DNA from: Candidatus Obscuribacteraceae bacterium | Lineage (GTDB): Bacteria > Cyanobacteriota > Vampirovibrionia > Obscuribacterales > Obscuribacteraceae | DNA: 64,000 nucleotides | Assembly: GCA_044229845.1 (NCBI GenBank) | Contig: JBGASG010000002.1 | Coordinates: 128,001-192,000 of the forward strand | Direction of reading: 5' to 3' | Shown: one piece after another, positions 1 through 12,442 of the stretch | Numbering within the stretch: the first letter of the stretch is position 1 | Layout of the letters: each line of letters opens with the position of its first letter | The notes under the pieces: generated by a model | Seen by the model: the letters and a program-made list of their open reading frames with translations, nothing else | Database searches by the model: none | Told to the model about the DNA's origin: nothing | Position numbers and translations under genes: made by a program

Positions 1-1
1 G

Positions 2-790
2 GAGGCACGCATCGTCATCGAGGCGGATGATGGCAAGAGATCGACCGAGTTATTCAATATGGTCGAAGCCGTCGAAGCCATTTTGCGCAGTTACGGTCAC
101 CGGGTTGAACTCGGAGAGTTTCATCTCAAACACGAAGAGAGCGGCTTCCTGATCACGCCCGCAATTGTTTCGATCGCCGACCTGGATGACGGACGATTCA
201 GCACCACGACCACGATTCAGGTCAACCACCCGGACCTGTTTCCTGACGGCATTTTCGAGTATCAGCATTTCACGGGCGGCACCATCAGCGAAGCCCTGAT
301 CGGTGGCATCAATCAGTGGTATCAAACGGATTTCGAACCGCTGCTAGAGATCCAGCGGGCCACTCCCAAGACCTGCACCACCTGGGAGATGGACATCAAG
401 GACGAAAAGACCCATGCATCCAGGACGAGACGGGCAATTTTCGGTCCTTTGATCTGGTATCGCGCCGTCAAACCCGAACAGGAAGAACCTGAGGAAAGCG
501 GGCACACTGTTTGTCCGTGTTGCATGTTCACCAATTCAATCGAGCAATTCCAAGAACTGGTAAAGAGCCAGTCGATTTGCTGTGTGCGCTTATTCGTCTT
601 GCGCGACGAAGACGGATCTATCGAAGCCGACTGCCGCGTCAACGGCGAAGACTATGCGCTCGGCGCGCAGGCATTGACCGAATATGCCGGTTCCTGGCGA
701 AATCAGGGTTTCGAATTTCGCAAGCAGTATGTTATTTTGCACAATCTGGAATCGCCCAAGAAGACGCGACGATTGTGGCGCAAGAAGTAA
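2..790 (+). CDS. Hypothetical protein, DUF6348-like; frame is open from the window start, so possibly 5'-partial
   Basis: 243-aa ORF from ATG 59, in-frame open back to position 2; contains ADCRVNG and CPCC motifs. Confidence 0.6.
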   Translation, partial: EARIVIEADDGKRSTELFNMVEAVEAILRSYGHRVELGEFHLKHEESGFLITPAIVSIADLDDGRFSTTTTIQVNHPDLFPDGIFEYQHFTGGTISEALIGGINQWYQTDFEPLLEIQRATPKTCTTWEMDIKDEKTHASRTRRAIFGPLIWYRAVKPEQEEPEESGHTVCPCCMFTNSIEQFQELVKSQSICCVRLFVLRDEDGSIEADCRVNGEDYALGAQALTEYAGSWRNQGFEFRKQYVILHNLESPKKTRRLWRKK

Positions 791-800
791 ATAGTGTTTC

Positions 801-1970
<1,170 letters not shown>

Positions 1971-2017
1971 TCAAGTGCTCGACAAAAAGCGGTGCGGCAT
2001 ATGTAGAATCGGTGGTT

Positions 2018-5000
2018 GTGACGACGCCTCCGAAAAACCCATCCGCCCCGATCTCCCTAGCCGCCGCACGCGACACGCTGCGTCGGTCGCCGGCTATTGG
2101 TGTACTGATCGTCATGGGTATGATCGCCTACATTTTTTCGTCCGTGGTGGGCAGCAGTGTTTTTGCCACCGCCTCGCTCGACCTGTCTCTGTCGCCCGAG
2201 GCGATACTTGAAAAGGCCAAAGAAAAAATTCAGCGCTGGGGCGACTTCCATCCCGGCATGATGTCATCGGTCTCTTTTGATGGAGACAACGACGGCAAAA
2301 TTTTTCTAGAGAGAAACTACGGGCAGCAAGAAGCCAACAAACTGATGTCGCAGCTGCCAATCTGGTACTGGTATTGCCGCTTCGTCAAGGAAGGCGATCC
2401 GGAGCCGGTGGTACTCGCCAGCAGGCGGAAGTGGTGGCACGCGACTTTATCGTCAAGGAAGCGGGTATCGCGCTGGATGACGAGCGCTTGCTGCAAACGA
2501 ATGACACCAAGCAACTGCATCGCACCGACCACTCATTTGGATGGGACCTCAACGGCATCGAATACAAAGGCGCGCACGACCGCCTGCAAGTTGTGGTGAG
2601 CGGCAACAAAGTTACGCAGTTCTACCACTACCTGCAGACACCCGAGAGTTGGCAGCGCAGCTATAACGAGATGCGCAGCTACAACAACATGTTCGGGACG
2701 GTGGCATATTTCTTCATGGGCGGGCTGTCGATCGCCACGCTGGCGGTGTTCATTCGCGCCGCCGCCAAACGCACTTTCACATACAAGACGGCGGCCATAT
2801 TCGGCGCCTTCTACGGAATGGCGATGATCATTCCGGCGATCAACTCCATGCCTTCCTGGGTGTCGAGCTATAAGTGGAACGAACCGTATTCCTCTTTTCT
2901 GCTCAGCAAATGGTTCGGCAGTATCTTGCTCGGTGTGCTCTACGCTATTTTGATGGCAATACTGTTCGCTGCGGCTCAACCTTTGTATCGCGAACTGTGC
3001 CCGCAGCGCATGTCGATGAAACGCTGGTTTTCGCCGGAAGCGCTGCGCCGCCCCGAGTTAATCGAGGCGATTGTGGTGGGGCTGGCGGTCTGCGGTTTGT
3101 CGAAGGGCTACCAGATTGCCTATTACTTCTGCGGCGAAAAACTCGGTTACTGGTGCCCGCTCAGCGGCGCAGGACCGGCCACTCTCGGCACCTTGGTCCC
3201 GATTCTGGACGGGCTGAGTATTGGTGTGCAGGCGGCACTGATGGAAGAGGGGCTGTACCGTATTGTCGGATTGCGGCTTTTCGAGCGGCTGTTCCGCGGT
3301 AACTTCTGGGCAGCAAACTTTTTGCAGGCGGTGCTCTGGGGCTTCGCACACAGCTACTACCCACAACAACCGGCATACGCGCGCGGCATCGAACTGACCA
3401 TCGAAGGCCTGTTCAACGGCTGGCTCTTGAAACGATTTGGTCTGTTGCCCTGCCTCCTGTCGCACTTCCTCTTTGATGCTTTGTGCACAAGCGAGGTCTT
3501 GAAGGCGGCACCACTTTCGGTGGCATGGACGGGACTGGTGCCGGTATTGATACCACTTGTCGTGCTGGCGGCGGCTCTGGTGGTTTCTTCTCGAAAAGGC
3601 TTTGTGCAGGAGCCGGCATCGCGCGCCGACACGCAGGAATTTTTACTGCCTGACCTGAAACAAAAGACCACCATGGGGCGTCCGACCGCATTTCTTTATG
3701 CCAAGCCGCTGTCGCTGCGGGTGCGCGCGGCTCTGGCAGTGGCGGCGGCCGGGTGTATTGCGGTGACGCAATTTTTGAGCTGGGAGCCGATCGAGGGCGG
3801 CTGCAAGCCGCTGGCGTTGTCGCGCAAGCAAGCCGTCGCCAAAGGACGAGAGTACTTCCGCGGACTGGGGATTGATCTGGATAAGAAATATCTGGTCAGC
3901 ACCCAGTTGTTCTGCGCGCACGAATCGGGAGACACGCTCGCTTACCTGCAAGAGCAACTGGGTTATGCGCGCACCAAGCAGCTGGTTGAGAAGCTACGCA
4001 ATTTTATGTTCTGGCGAGTCAAGTTCTGCAAGCCCGGTGAGCCGCGTAGTTACGAGGCATACTTCGTGCAAAATGGCGATTTGCTGTCGCCCGACATCGA
4101 ATTGGAAGAAAACGATCCGCTGCCTTCGCTGACTGAGGCTCAGGCGCGCGAGCTGGTGGAAAAATATTTCAAGGGACGCCCGAAGATGGCGCCCTGGAAC
4201 TTCTCCGATGCGGCGCAGCAAAAGCGGACGCGCACCGATTACTCGCTCACGTACGAAATTCCGGAAGGGAAGGTGGGTGATGCCAAGCTCGAGATAACCT
4301 GCGAGGTGAAGGGCAATCTGCTCACGGACGTCAGCACTCAGTGGGAGCTGCCCGATTCGTGGACCCAATTGCGCGAGAAAAAATTGCCGTACGAAAGCAT
4401 CTTGGGGTTGGTGCGCGCGGCGGTGGCGTTGTTTGGCGCCGGGCTGGTTCTGTGGTTTTTGATTGGGCTGTTCCGCGAAGGGCATGTGCGCTGGAAGGTG
4501 CCGATTCTGGTGGGGTTGGTGCTGATTGTGTTGCAAGTGCTGGCAACCTTGAACGACTTGCCTGAGTTTTTCATGAGCTATTCAACTGAGACGCCGATGG
4601 CGAATTTCCTTATGCAAAGTTGTATCGACTTGCTGTGGAGTTTCATCACCGGCGCCGCGGCGAATGCCGCTGCGGTGCTTATAACTCTGGCGGTGATCAA
4701 CAAATACTTCAAAAAATCGTATCTCGAGTCCGCGTTCAAGCTGGCTTTCTATGTATGTCCGCGGGATTTGCGCGTGGCACAGCGGCAGATGTGGTTCGAC
4801 GCGATGCTTACCGCGCTGGCGCTGACGGCTATGTTCAGCGCGTTGGCGTGCCTGTCGGTGGATGGACAGATATTGTTCGGGCATGCCCCGCCGTGCACCG
4901 CGCTTGGATCGACGCTGGCGGACGCCAACACCTACTTCATGACCTATAGCGTGATCGGGGACGCGATAACCGGCATAATTACGCGCTTGTGTTTTGTGGC

Positions 5001-5370
5001 TTTGCTGCCGGCGCTGGCGCACAAATACCTGAAGGGGAACTGGTGGCTGTCGGGGCTTGTGATTGTGGCGGCGGTGGCGCTATTTGACTCGGATACGCGC
5101 TACGTGTCGGACTACGTGCTCAGCCTGGTCGAGTCGCTGGCCGGTGTGATGGCGATGACTTGCATTTTCGTAGCGGGGCGGCGCAATATTTTGACGGCGA
5201 TGCTCACTTTGTTGTGGACGGCGTTTGTGTCGAGCATCGCGTTCATCTACCAATTCGGGTTGCCTTTGCTGGCTTGCCACTTTTGCCTGCTGATTGCGAT
5301 CTGCCTGGCGCCGGTGGCTTACTTCTTCTATTTGCAAAATGCCGCCGACCCGCCTACTGCCGCCACGTAA
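2018..5370 (+). pseudogene. Large multi-pass CPBP (CAAX protease/Abi family) intramembrane metalloprotease, split by a frameshift/deletion near 2405-2415
   Basis: ORF 2012-2599 supplies the N-terminus to WYCRFVKEGDPE; ORF 2374-5370 continues from RQQAEVVARDF with EEGLYR, WGFAH and SHFLFD motifs. Confidence 0.7.
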
Positions 5371-5388
5371 CCGCAGTAGATGCGTAGT

Positions 5389-5626
5389 CCAAATTCGGCT
5401 TTCGCAGGTATACGGCATGCAACAAGCAAGCTCCGGCAATATACCGTATTGGTATCCCAAATTCGATTTGGCATACGTATATGGTATGCAACAAGCAAGC
5501 CCCGGCAATATACCGTATTGGTATCCCAATCCCGATTTGGCATACGTATATGGTATGCAACAAGCAAGCCCCGGCAATATACCGTATTGGTATCCCAATC
5601 CCGATTTGGCATACGTATATGGTATT
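5389..5626. repeat. 69-bp tandem repeat, about 3.3 copies, with internal dyads
   Basis: ATGCAACAAGC recurs at 5417, 5486 and 5555; each unit carries ATACC-N5-GGTAT and CATAC-N7-GTATG. Confidence 0.95.
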
Positions 5627-5677
5627 CCCAAAATCGTCAGCTGTCCGGCCGCGCAATTGAGCACACCCCACCTCACA

Positions 5678-6469
5678 TCAAACTGATTTCTTGCGATAGA
5701 CCCGAGTCGGCGCAGTGAATGGGATGAGCGTTTTCTTCCAGGAAAGAAAAGCATCAGTAGCCGGCAATGCGAACCACGGTACAGGGCGAATGCCGAGTCC
5801 CAACGCGACACACACCGACACCAGAGTCTCGACTGAAGGTATCCCTTTCCCCGTCTCCAGCATCGATATATCCGCTTGTCGCACACCGAGAAGAGACGCA
5901 AGGTCTGTCTGCCTAAGTCCCAGTCTCTTTCTACTTTCGGCGATGGATTTACCAAGTCCTTTGAGCAGAGCGATTTTGGCCGCCTCCCGATCCTTTCTGC
6001 AAAAGCCAGCCACTTGCTTACAGCCTTCGCAATCATCGAGGGAGTGCGACGCTACAATTTCCAGCAATTTGTCATGGTCCCTCCACCGAGTCAGACGCTC
6101 GCTCGTCTCTAAGTGGCTCAAGTAGTTGAGACTGGCGTCCCAGGCGAACCGGTTATCGAAAATTGCGAGCTTCTCGTGGCAGTTCGGACGCAGATTGATA
6201 TGGACACCAATCTTCCTGAGCCATTGCCTGAGGCGTTCGATCTTCGCAATTTGCTTTTCAGTCATCGCCCTGGTGGGCAGCTCCAGAAAAACGCAGACCC
6301 GGACACCTCGTTGGCGCGCGCGTGCCAGAGCAGGAGCCACCAACTCAATCTGCTGGTCCCCAAGAAAGGGGGCGTGAATGACAATCAGGAATTGAGCCTC
6401 GTCAATATCCTGGATAAACCGGTCCAAGTAGTTGTGGTGGAAGTACACATCATGTTCGCCGCTCACCAT
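5678..6469 (-). CDS. PLD-like (HKD) domain protein fused to a C-terminal XRE helix-turn-helix
   Basis: HEKLAIFD...SLN motif; RKRLGLRQTDLASLLGVRQADISMLETG HTH; ATG 6469 preceded by AAAAGGGGG. Confidence 0.8.
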   Translation of the reverse strand: MVSGEHDVYFHHNYLDRFIQDIDEAQFLIVIHAPFLGDQQIELVAPALARARQRGVRVCVFLELPTRAMTEKQIAKIERLRQWLRKIGVHINLRPNCHEKLAIFDNRFAWDASLNYLSHLETSERLTRWRDHDKLLEIVASHSLDDCEGCKQVAGFCRKDREAAKIALLKGLGKSIAESRKRLGLRQTDLASLLGVRQADISMLETGKGIPSVETLVSVCVALGLGIRPVPWFALPATDAFLSWKKTLIPFTAPTRVYRKKSV

Positions 6470-7234
6470 ATTCGATACCCCCTTTTCGATATCGCAGTAC
6501 CTATATATAGGAATACGTTCGACAGGCAGAAAAAGTTCAATCAGTTGCCAACAGCCAGTACAAACAGAAGCCAGTCCTGCAGCGCGTTTCGCGCGCGATC
6601 GCCGCAAGTTTCTTGCAAAATTCGAATTGAACTTTTTTGGAAGGTGGAGCGTCTATATGATCACCTCTCCAAGAATTTCGCGCTCGAAGACAGCAGCTTC
6701 GGGCACGTCCAAACTCACCTCCTACAGGGCAAAGCGAGACTTTTGGATGCGGTGTGAGTGGTAAACCTCGATACCGCTCCTGGTATCGGTTTGCCGGTTG
6801 CATTGCTCCCGCACCCGGCTGGACCGACCAGCAAAAAATCACCGAAAAGGATCGCCCACGCCGGAAAAATGGCTTCGGCAGCCGCCAGAAAGACCCTATA
6901 CGCAGCCGTTAGCTCAGCGAGGCAATACCAACCGTATATATACAAAGTACACGATCGGCATCGCCTGTGGTAGCAAAATTGGTGGCATTAATGTTAGACT
7001 CACAACTCTTGACAGCGCGCTTGGCGCGGCAACCCTGGCGGGTTTAGGCATGCCACCACGGCGCTGGTATTATCGGTAGCACCATATTGACACCATCTGT
7101 TAGGATGTAGTCTAATCTGGCTGTGGGTGCGGGTTGAGGGATTTTGGATTTGGCAAACCCGATGTTCAATAGGTAGCAGGCACATACCTGTTGGGCGCAC
7201 GTTGGTGTGCGCGTGAGGGATCGAAGGAATCTCG

Positions 7235-10200
7235 ATGCGGATCAAAGAAATAGAGTTAGACAACTTCAAAAGCTTCGGTAAGCAGACCACCGTACCCATC
7301 TTGAATGGGTTCACGACCATCTCCGGTCCCAACGGCTCAGGCAAATCAAACATCGTCGACAGCCTGCTCTTCGCCCTCGGCTTGTCCAGCACACGGACCA
7401 TGCGCGCCGAGCGCCTGCCCGACCTGCTCAACAACTTGAGCGGGCGCAATGAGGCGAAAGTCACCGTTCGCTTCACCAACGACGCCGGCACCGAAATCGA
7501 AGTCAGCCGCAGACTGCGCGTCAAAGACAACGGCTATACCAGCACCTATAACCTCAACGGTAAGGTCACCACTCTCAGCGAAATCCATGATGAGCTGATG
7601 AGATATAACGTCAGCCCGACCGGTTTCAACGTCATCATGCAGGGCGACGTGACCAATATCGTCACCATGAGCCCGACTGAGCGCCGCCGTATTATTGATG
7701 AGTTGGCGGGCGTTGCCGAGTTCGATCGCCGCATCGACCAGGCGCAAAAAGAGCTGATTACCGTCGCCGAAAAAATCGATCACCAGCGCATCGTCCTGGC
7801 TGAAATCGGCACGCGCCTCGAGGTGCTGCAATCCGACCGCGACGTCGCCCTCAAGTATCTCGACCTCAAAACTCAGAAAGAGCGCATCGAACGCGACCTG
7901 GTGTTCATTCGCGTCAAAGAGCTGGAAACCAAAGTCGAAGGCGAACGCAATGAAATCGTCAAGCTCGACAAGAGGGAAGAAGAGCTTTGCGAAAAGCGCG
8001 AGGAGTCGGAGCTTGAGACACTCAAGTTGCGTTCCGAAATCGGTCGCATAGAAGAGGATATACGCGAGAAGGGCGGCAACGAACAGCTGCTCATCCGCCA
8101 GGAGCTGGAGAACCAGCGCGGGGAACTCACCCGTGAAGAGAACAAGCTCTCCAACCTGTCCGGCGTCATCGGCGAAAAGGGCAAGCTGCAGAAGCAGGTC
8201 GTCGATCAGATTAAGACCATCGACAAGCACCTCAACTCACTTGGCAAGGAAAAGAAACAGCATCAGGCTGACCTGGAAGCCGTGCAACAGATTCTCGCCG
8301 AGAAACAGGGCTCGTTCAGCGCCGTCAACGCCGAGCTGGAAGTCGTGCGCCAGGCTAAGGACACCGCCACCAGCAAGGTCATGTCACTCCACGAAAAGCT
8401 GGAGATGCTGCGCGATCAGAAAAACCGGTTCGATGTGCGCCGCGCCGAGCTGATCGCCCGCAAAGAATCGCTCGAAAAAGAAATCGAAGCGATTCGCACC
8501 AATACAACTAATTCCATCGGTAAGACCGCGTCCTTGAAGAGCCTGATCGGCACCATGGAACGCAAGTGCGAAGACCAGCAAGCTCAGGGCTTGGGTCTGG
8601 CAAGAAACGTTCGCCAGATGGAAAGCGAAATCGAATCGACGCAGGAAGAAATCGAAGCCAAGCGCGCCGAACTTGAGCAAGTCAACCGCAAGCTCATCGA
8701 GATGGAAACGCACCGCGAAGTCGCCGGCGAAAGCGGCTACGGCAAGGCGGTGGAAGCGATCCTGGGAGCCAACATCAAAGGCGTTTACGGCACCATCGGT
8801 CAACTCGGTCAGGTCGACGAGCGCTACACGACAGCCCTGGAAATGGCCATTGGACCGCGCCTCAGCCACCTGGTCGTGGAAGATGATGAAGTTGCCGCCC
8901 GCTGTATCGAACTGCTCAAACAAACCAAAGCGGGTCGCGCCACGTTCGTTCCTCTTAATAAGATTCAGACGCAACCGCCGGGCTTGCTCCCGAGCCGCCC
9001 GGGCGTCATTGACTTTGCCTATAACCTGATCGATTTCGAGCCGCGTTTCGTCAAAGCCATCCAGTACGCCTGCGGTCAGACCGTGGTCATGGACTCACTG
9101 GAGAACGCCCGCAAATTGATGGGCACCGGACGCCTGGTAACTCTCGAAGGCGAACTGCTCGAGAAGTACGGCACCATTTCCGGTGGCATGGACAACAAAA
9201 ACAAGTTGCACTTCTCGGCGAAAGGCGAAACCGACCTCAACAGCCTGCGCATGAAGGCGAAAAACCTCGCCGACGACATCAAGTGGTTGCAAGACAGCCT
9301 CAAAGAACTGAACGCGTCGATCGCCGGCGACCGCGACAAGCTCAACGACTTCAAAGGCGTGCAAGCTCAGGCGCAAACCGAACTGGACGCCAAAAAAGCC
9401 GAACTGATTGCGGTCGAGAAAGAAGTCGAAGACCTCAAACCGCGGCTGCGCGCCAGCGGCGATGAAATCGAAGCCGTCGACACTGAAGTTGCATCTATTG
9501 ATACCAACTTGAAGCAAGTCAACAAGGAGCTGTCGAAGTTCCAGGATGACATGGCTGAAGTGACGGGCGGTGCCGCCAAGTCGCCGGTCGACAAACTGAT
9601 CGCCGAAGCCGAAGAGCTGAAGGCCGACCTGGATGCCACCGAAAAGAGCGCCAAGGAAATCGAGCGCCACATCGACCGCATCGTCACCGAAGAACGCGTC
9701 GAGCAAGCCAATCGCCAGACGTTGCAAGAACAACTCGACACGATTACCAAAGAACTCGATGAGCTCAACGCTCAAAAGCCGGAGTTCGAAGCCAAGATCA
9801 ACGAGCTCAAAAAACTGATCCAAGATTTGGAGAAGAAGAGCACCGACATCTCCGACGAGCTGAAAGCTCTCAACGACGAGAAGGCTGCCGTTCAGGAAAA
9901 AATCCACGCCATCGAGCTGGAGAAGACCAAGCTGGAGAGCCAGCTCGAACACCTGGCAGAAGAGCGCAACAAACGCCGCCAGCTGATGTACGAACTCAGC
10001 GAAGAGCTGATTCTGAAGCGGCAAGAACTGGACGAACTGCTCGCCGAGCAGCCTGACTACAAGCCGCCGTCGCAGGGCACCGTCGACCAGCTGCTGCATC
10101 AAATCGAGCGCCTGGAGAAGCGGATGCGCGCCATGGAACCGGTCAACATGAAGGCTCTGGAAGAGTACAACGAGACGAAACAGCGCCAGGAAGAGCTGGA

Positions 10201-10753
10201 GGAATATCTCACCGTCTTGAACACCGAGAAGGACGAGATCAATCAGCGTATCGCCGGCTACGACGAGCTGAAGAAGAACACGTTCATGGAGGCGTTCAAC
10301 GCCATCAACGAAAACTTCAAAGAGATCTTTGCCGAGCTGTCTCATGGTTCCGGCAAGCTCGAACTTGAAGACCCGGAACATCCTTTTAATGGCGGTTTGA
10401 TTATCCGCGCGCAGCCACGCGAGAAGAAGATGCAACGCATCGAAGCGCTCTCCGGAGGCGAGAAATCGCTGACGGCGCTGTCGTTTGTGTTTGCCTTCCA
10501 GCGCTATGCGCCCGCGCCGTTCTACGCTTTCGACGAAGTCGACATGATGCTTGACGGTGCCAACGCCGAACGCCTGGCTCGTATGGTGGCACGGCAGTCG
10601 AATGAAGCCCAGTTTGTGGTGGTCAGCCTGCGTCGTCCGATGATCGAAAACGCGGACCACGCAATTGGTGTCTCGCTGCGTTCCGATGGCTATTCCAAGG
10701 TGGTCGGTATCACGGAAGTGAAACTACCGGAGGAAGAAGCAGTTGGAGCATGA
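7235..10753 (+). CDS. smc: Chromosome segregation protein SMC
   Basis: GPNGSGKSN Walker A, coiled coils, hinge (GRATFVPL), LSGGEKS signature, FDEVD Walker B; 1172 aa. Confidence 0.98.
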   Translation: MRIKEIELDNFKSFGKQTTVPILNGFTTISGPNGSGKSNIVDSLLFALGLSSTRTMRAERLPDLLNNLSGRNEAKVTVRFTNDAGTEIEVSRRLRVKDNGYTSTYNLNGKVTTLSEIHDELMRYNVSPTGFNVIMQGDVTNIVTMSPTERRRIIDELAGVAEFDRRIDQAQKELITVAEKIDHQRIVLAEIGTRLEVLQSDRDVALKYLDLKTQKERIERDLVFIRVKELETKVEGERNEIVKLDKREEELCEKREESELETLKLRSEIGRIEEDIREKGGNEQLLIRQELENQRGELTREENKLSNLSGVIGEKGKLQKQVVDQIKTIDKHLNSLGKEKKQHQADLEAVQQILAEKQGSFSAVNAELEVVRQAKDTATSKVMSLHEKLEMLRDQKNRFDVRRAELIARKESLEKEIEAIRTNTTNSIGKTASLKSLIGTMERKCEDQQAQGLGLARNVRQMESEIESTQEEIEAKRAELEQVNRKLIEMETHREVAGESGYGKAVEAILGANIKGVYGTIGQLGQVDERYTTALEMAIGPRLSHLVVEDDEVAARCIELLKQTKAGRATFVPLNKIQTQPPGLLPSRPGVIDFAYNLIDFEPRFVKAIQYACGQTVVMDSLENARKLMGTGRLVTLEGELLEKYGTISGGMDNKNKLHFSAKGETDLNSLRMKAKNLADDIKWLQDSLKELNASIAGDRDKLNDFKGVQAQAQTELDAKKAELIAVEKEVEDLKPRLRASGDEIEAVDTEVASIDTNLKQVNKELSKFQDDMAEVTGGAAKSPVDKLIAEAEELKADLDATEKSAKEIERHIDRIVTEERVEQANRQTLQEQLDTITKELDELNAQKPEFEAKINELKKLIQDLEKKSTDISDELKALNDEKAAVQEKIHAIELEKTKLESQLEHLAEERNKRRQLMYELSEELILKRQELDELLAEQPDYKPPSQGTVDQLLHQIERLEKRMRAMEPVNMKALEEYNETKQRQEELEEYLTVLNTEKDEINQRIAGYDELKKNTFMEAFNAINENFKEIFAELSHGSGKLELEDPEHPFNGGLIIRAQPREKKMQRIEALSGGEKSLTALSFVFAFQRYAPAPFYAFDEVDMMLDGANAERLARMVARQSNEAQFVVVSLRRPMIENADHAIGVSLRSDGYSKVVGITEVKLPEEEAVGA

Positions 10754-11591
10754 GGAACACGCAGTAAATCCGGCACCGGTGCCGGCACTTTCGGACCAGC
10801 CCTCCGGCACCATACCCGGTGACACGCTGATCAGCGTCGAGCGCTCCGGCGGTATCGAAATTCTCGTGTCGATGGCGTCGAAAGGCGAAATAGATCCGAA
10901 AAACATCGACATCATCGATATATGCGATCGATTCCTCAAGGCGATCGCCGCCGCCCCTAAAGAAAACCTGCGCCAATCAGGCAAGATCATCTTCCACGCA
11001 TCTGTTTTGCTGCGCATGAAAGCCGAACAGCTGCTGATCGACAAAATCGAAGATCTCGATTTCGGCGGCGATGACTTCTTAGATTTCGAGGATGATTCAG
11101 GAATAATCTACGACGGCAACAATCAAGCCGTCGCGCGGCAGATTACGCTTGCCGACCTGGAACGCGCACTGACGCGCCGCACAAAAAACACGCAAGTGCG
11201 CCGCCGCCGCGTCACCCTCGAACAACTGATCGAAGCCCTGCGCGACGCGGAAAAACACGAAAAAGAAAAGTCGCAGCGCAAGCCGAAAGCCGTCATCGAT
11301 ATGGACGGTTATGCCGATATGAAAGGCATGGAAGACATTCTCGAACTGGCGCACGACGAAGACATCGAAGACGTGATTGCGCGTATCGAACAAATACTGA
11401 TCGCATATTTCGAAGCCGGGGACATACTGTCTCTGGTGGCACTGATCGAAAAGCTGGGCGGGCGCGGCGACTGGGTGGATGCGTTCCTCGCCGTGCTGTT
11501 TCTCTCCAATGCTGGTAAAGTACAACTACAGCAAGAGAAATTTTACGGTGAGCTTTTCATCGCTAGATCAATTTTGGAGGCAACCGCGTGA
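10743..11591 (+). CDS. scpA: Segregation and condensation protein A (kleisin)
   Basis: GEIDPKNIDI, LLRMKAE, FLAVLFL...LQQEKFYGEL; lies between smc and scpB. Confidence 0.85.
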   Translation: MEHEEHAVNPAPVPALSDQPSGTIPGDTLISVERSGGIEILVSMASKGEIDPKNIDIIDICDRFLKAIAAAPKENLRQSGKIIFHASVLLRMKAEQLLIDKIEDLDFGGDDFLDFEDDSGIIYDGNNQAVARQITLADLERALTRRTKNTQVRRRRVTLEQLIEALRDAEKHEKEKSQRKPKAVIDMDGYADMKGMEDILELAHDEDIEDVIARIEQILIAYFEAGDILSLVALIEKLGGRGDWVDAFLAVLFLSNAGKVQLQQEKFYGELFIARSILEATA

Positions 11592-12436
11592 GCCTAAAAG
11601 CGAAAGTTGAAGCAGTGCTCTTCATGACCGACAAGCCGATTCAGGCTGCGGCCATAGCACGCATCATTAACGCTGATGTTCAGCAAGTGCGGCAGACGAT
11701 GCTGGAACTGATTCGTGAATACGAGGAGCGCCCGGGTGGATTGCAGATCACCGACGAGGGCGGATATGCGTTCCAGGTCAAAGATGAGTATTCATCTTTG
11801 ATGAACGAGTTTGCACCGGTCGAGATGTCCGCGGCATTGCTGCGCACGTTATCAGCAATATGCATCAAGCAGCCGGTCATGCAGTCGGAGATTATCCGCG
11901 TGCGTGGTGCCGGCGCCTACGAACATATTAAAGAACTCGTCAATCGTGAGTTGATCGCGAAAAAAGATGACGGACGCTCGCCGATTTTGACGACTACCAA
12001 GAAGTTTCAAGACTACTTCCGACTGACTAAAGACGGCGGTGAGTTGCGCTCCTACTTGAAGAAACAAGTGAAGAAAGCGGAAGCAGCTGCCGCCGCAGCC
12101 GCTACCCCCACTACTGAAAGCCCGACCGCCGACAAGCAGTTGGAGTTGCCGGTGGTCGGGGGCGATTCCGGTTCCGACAAGCAATTGAACGAGCGCATCT
12201 ACTTAGAGCTGTCACCGGAAAACGAAGAACCAGCAGCGGCAGGCAGCGCCGGGGAAGAAACAGCCACAGCGGACCAGACGATGGAAGAAACAGCGGCGGC
12301 AGGCACAGCTGAAGAAACAGTCGATGTCGGCGAAGAACCGGATGCGCCGGCTGTCTTCGAAATGGAAGCAATTCCGCAAGTCAGCGAAGTGTTCGATGCA
12401 ACGCCGCCGATGCCCGTGGTTACAGACCTGGGCTAG
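11588..12436 (+). CDS. scpB: Segregation and condensation protein B with acidic low-complexity tail
   Basis: VEAVLF, LRTLSAI..KQP, IIRVRG, TTKKFQDYF. Confidence 0.93.
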   Translation: MSLKAKVEAVLFMTDKPIQAAAIARIINADVQQVRQTMLELIREYEERPGGLQITDEGGYAFQVKDEYSSLMNEFAPVEMSAALLRTLSAICIKQPVMQSEIIRVRGAGAYEHIKELVNRELIAKKDDGRSPILTTTKKFQDYFRLTKDGGELRSYLKKQVKKAEAAAAAAATPTTESPTADKQLELPVVGGDSGSDKQLNERIYLELSPENEEPAAAGSAGEETATADQTMEETAAAGTAEETVDVGEEPDAPAVFEMEAIPQVSEVFDATPPMPVVTDLG

Positions 12437-12442
12437 TAAATC

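Noticed and set aside
5294..5718. ORFs and a CRISPR reading of the 69-bp repeat
   Set aside because: Open frames follow from a unit length divisible by 3; units are near-identical with no unique spacers
7346..10660. Long antisense ORFs within smc (likewise within tgt and asd)
   Set aside because: Typical antisense shadows of GC-rich coding sequence
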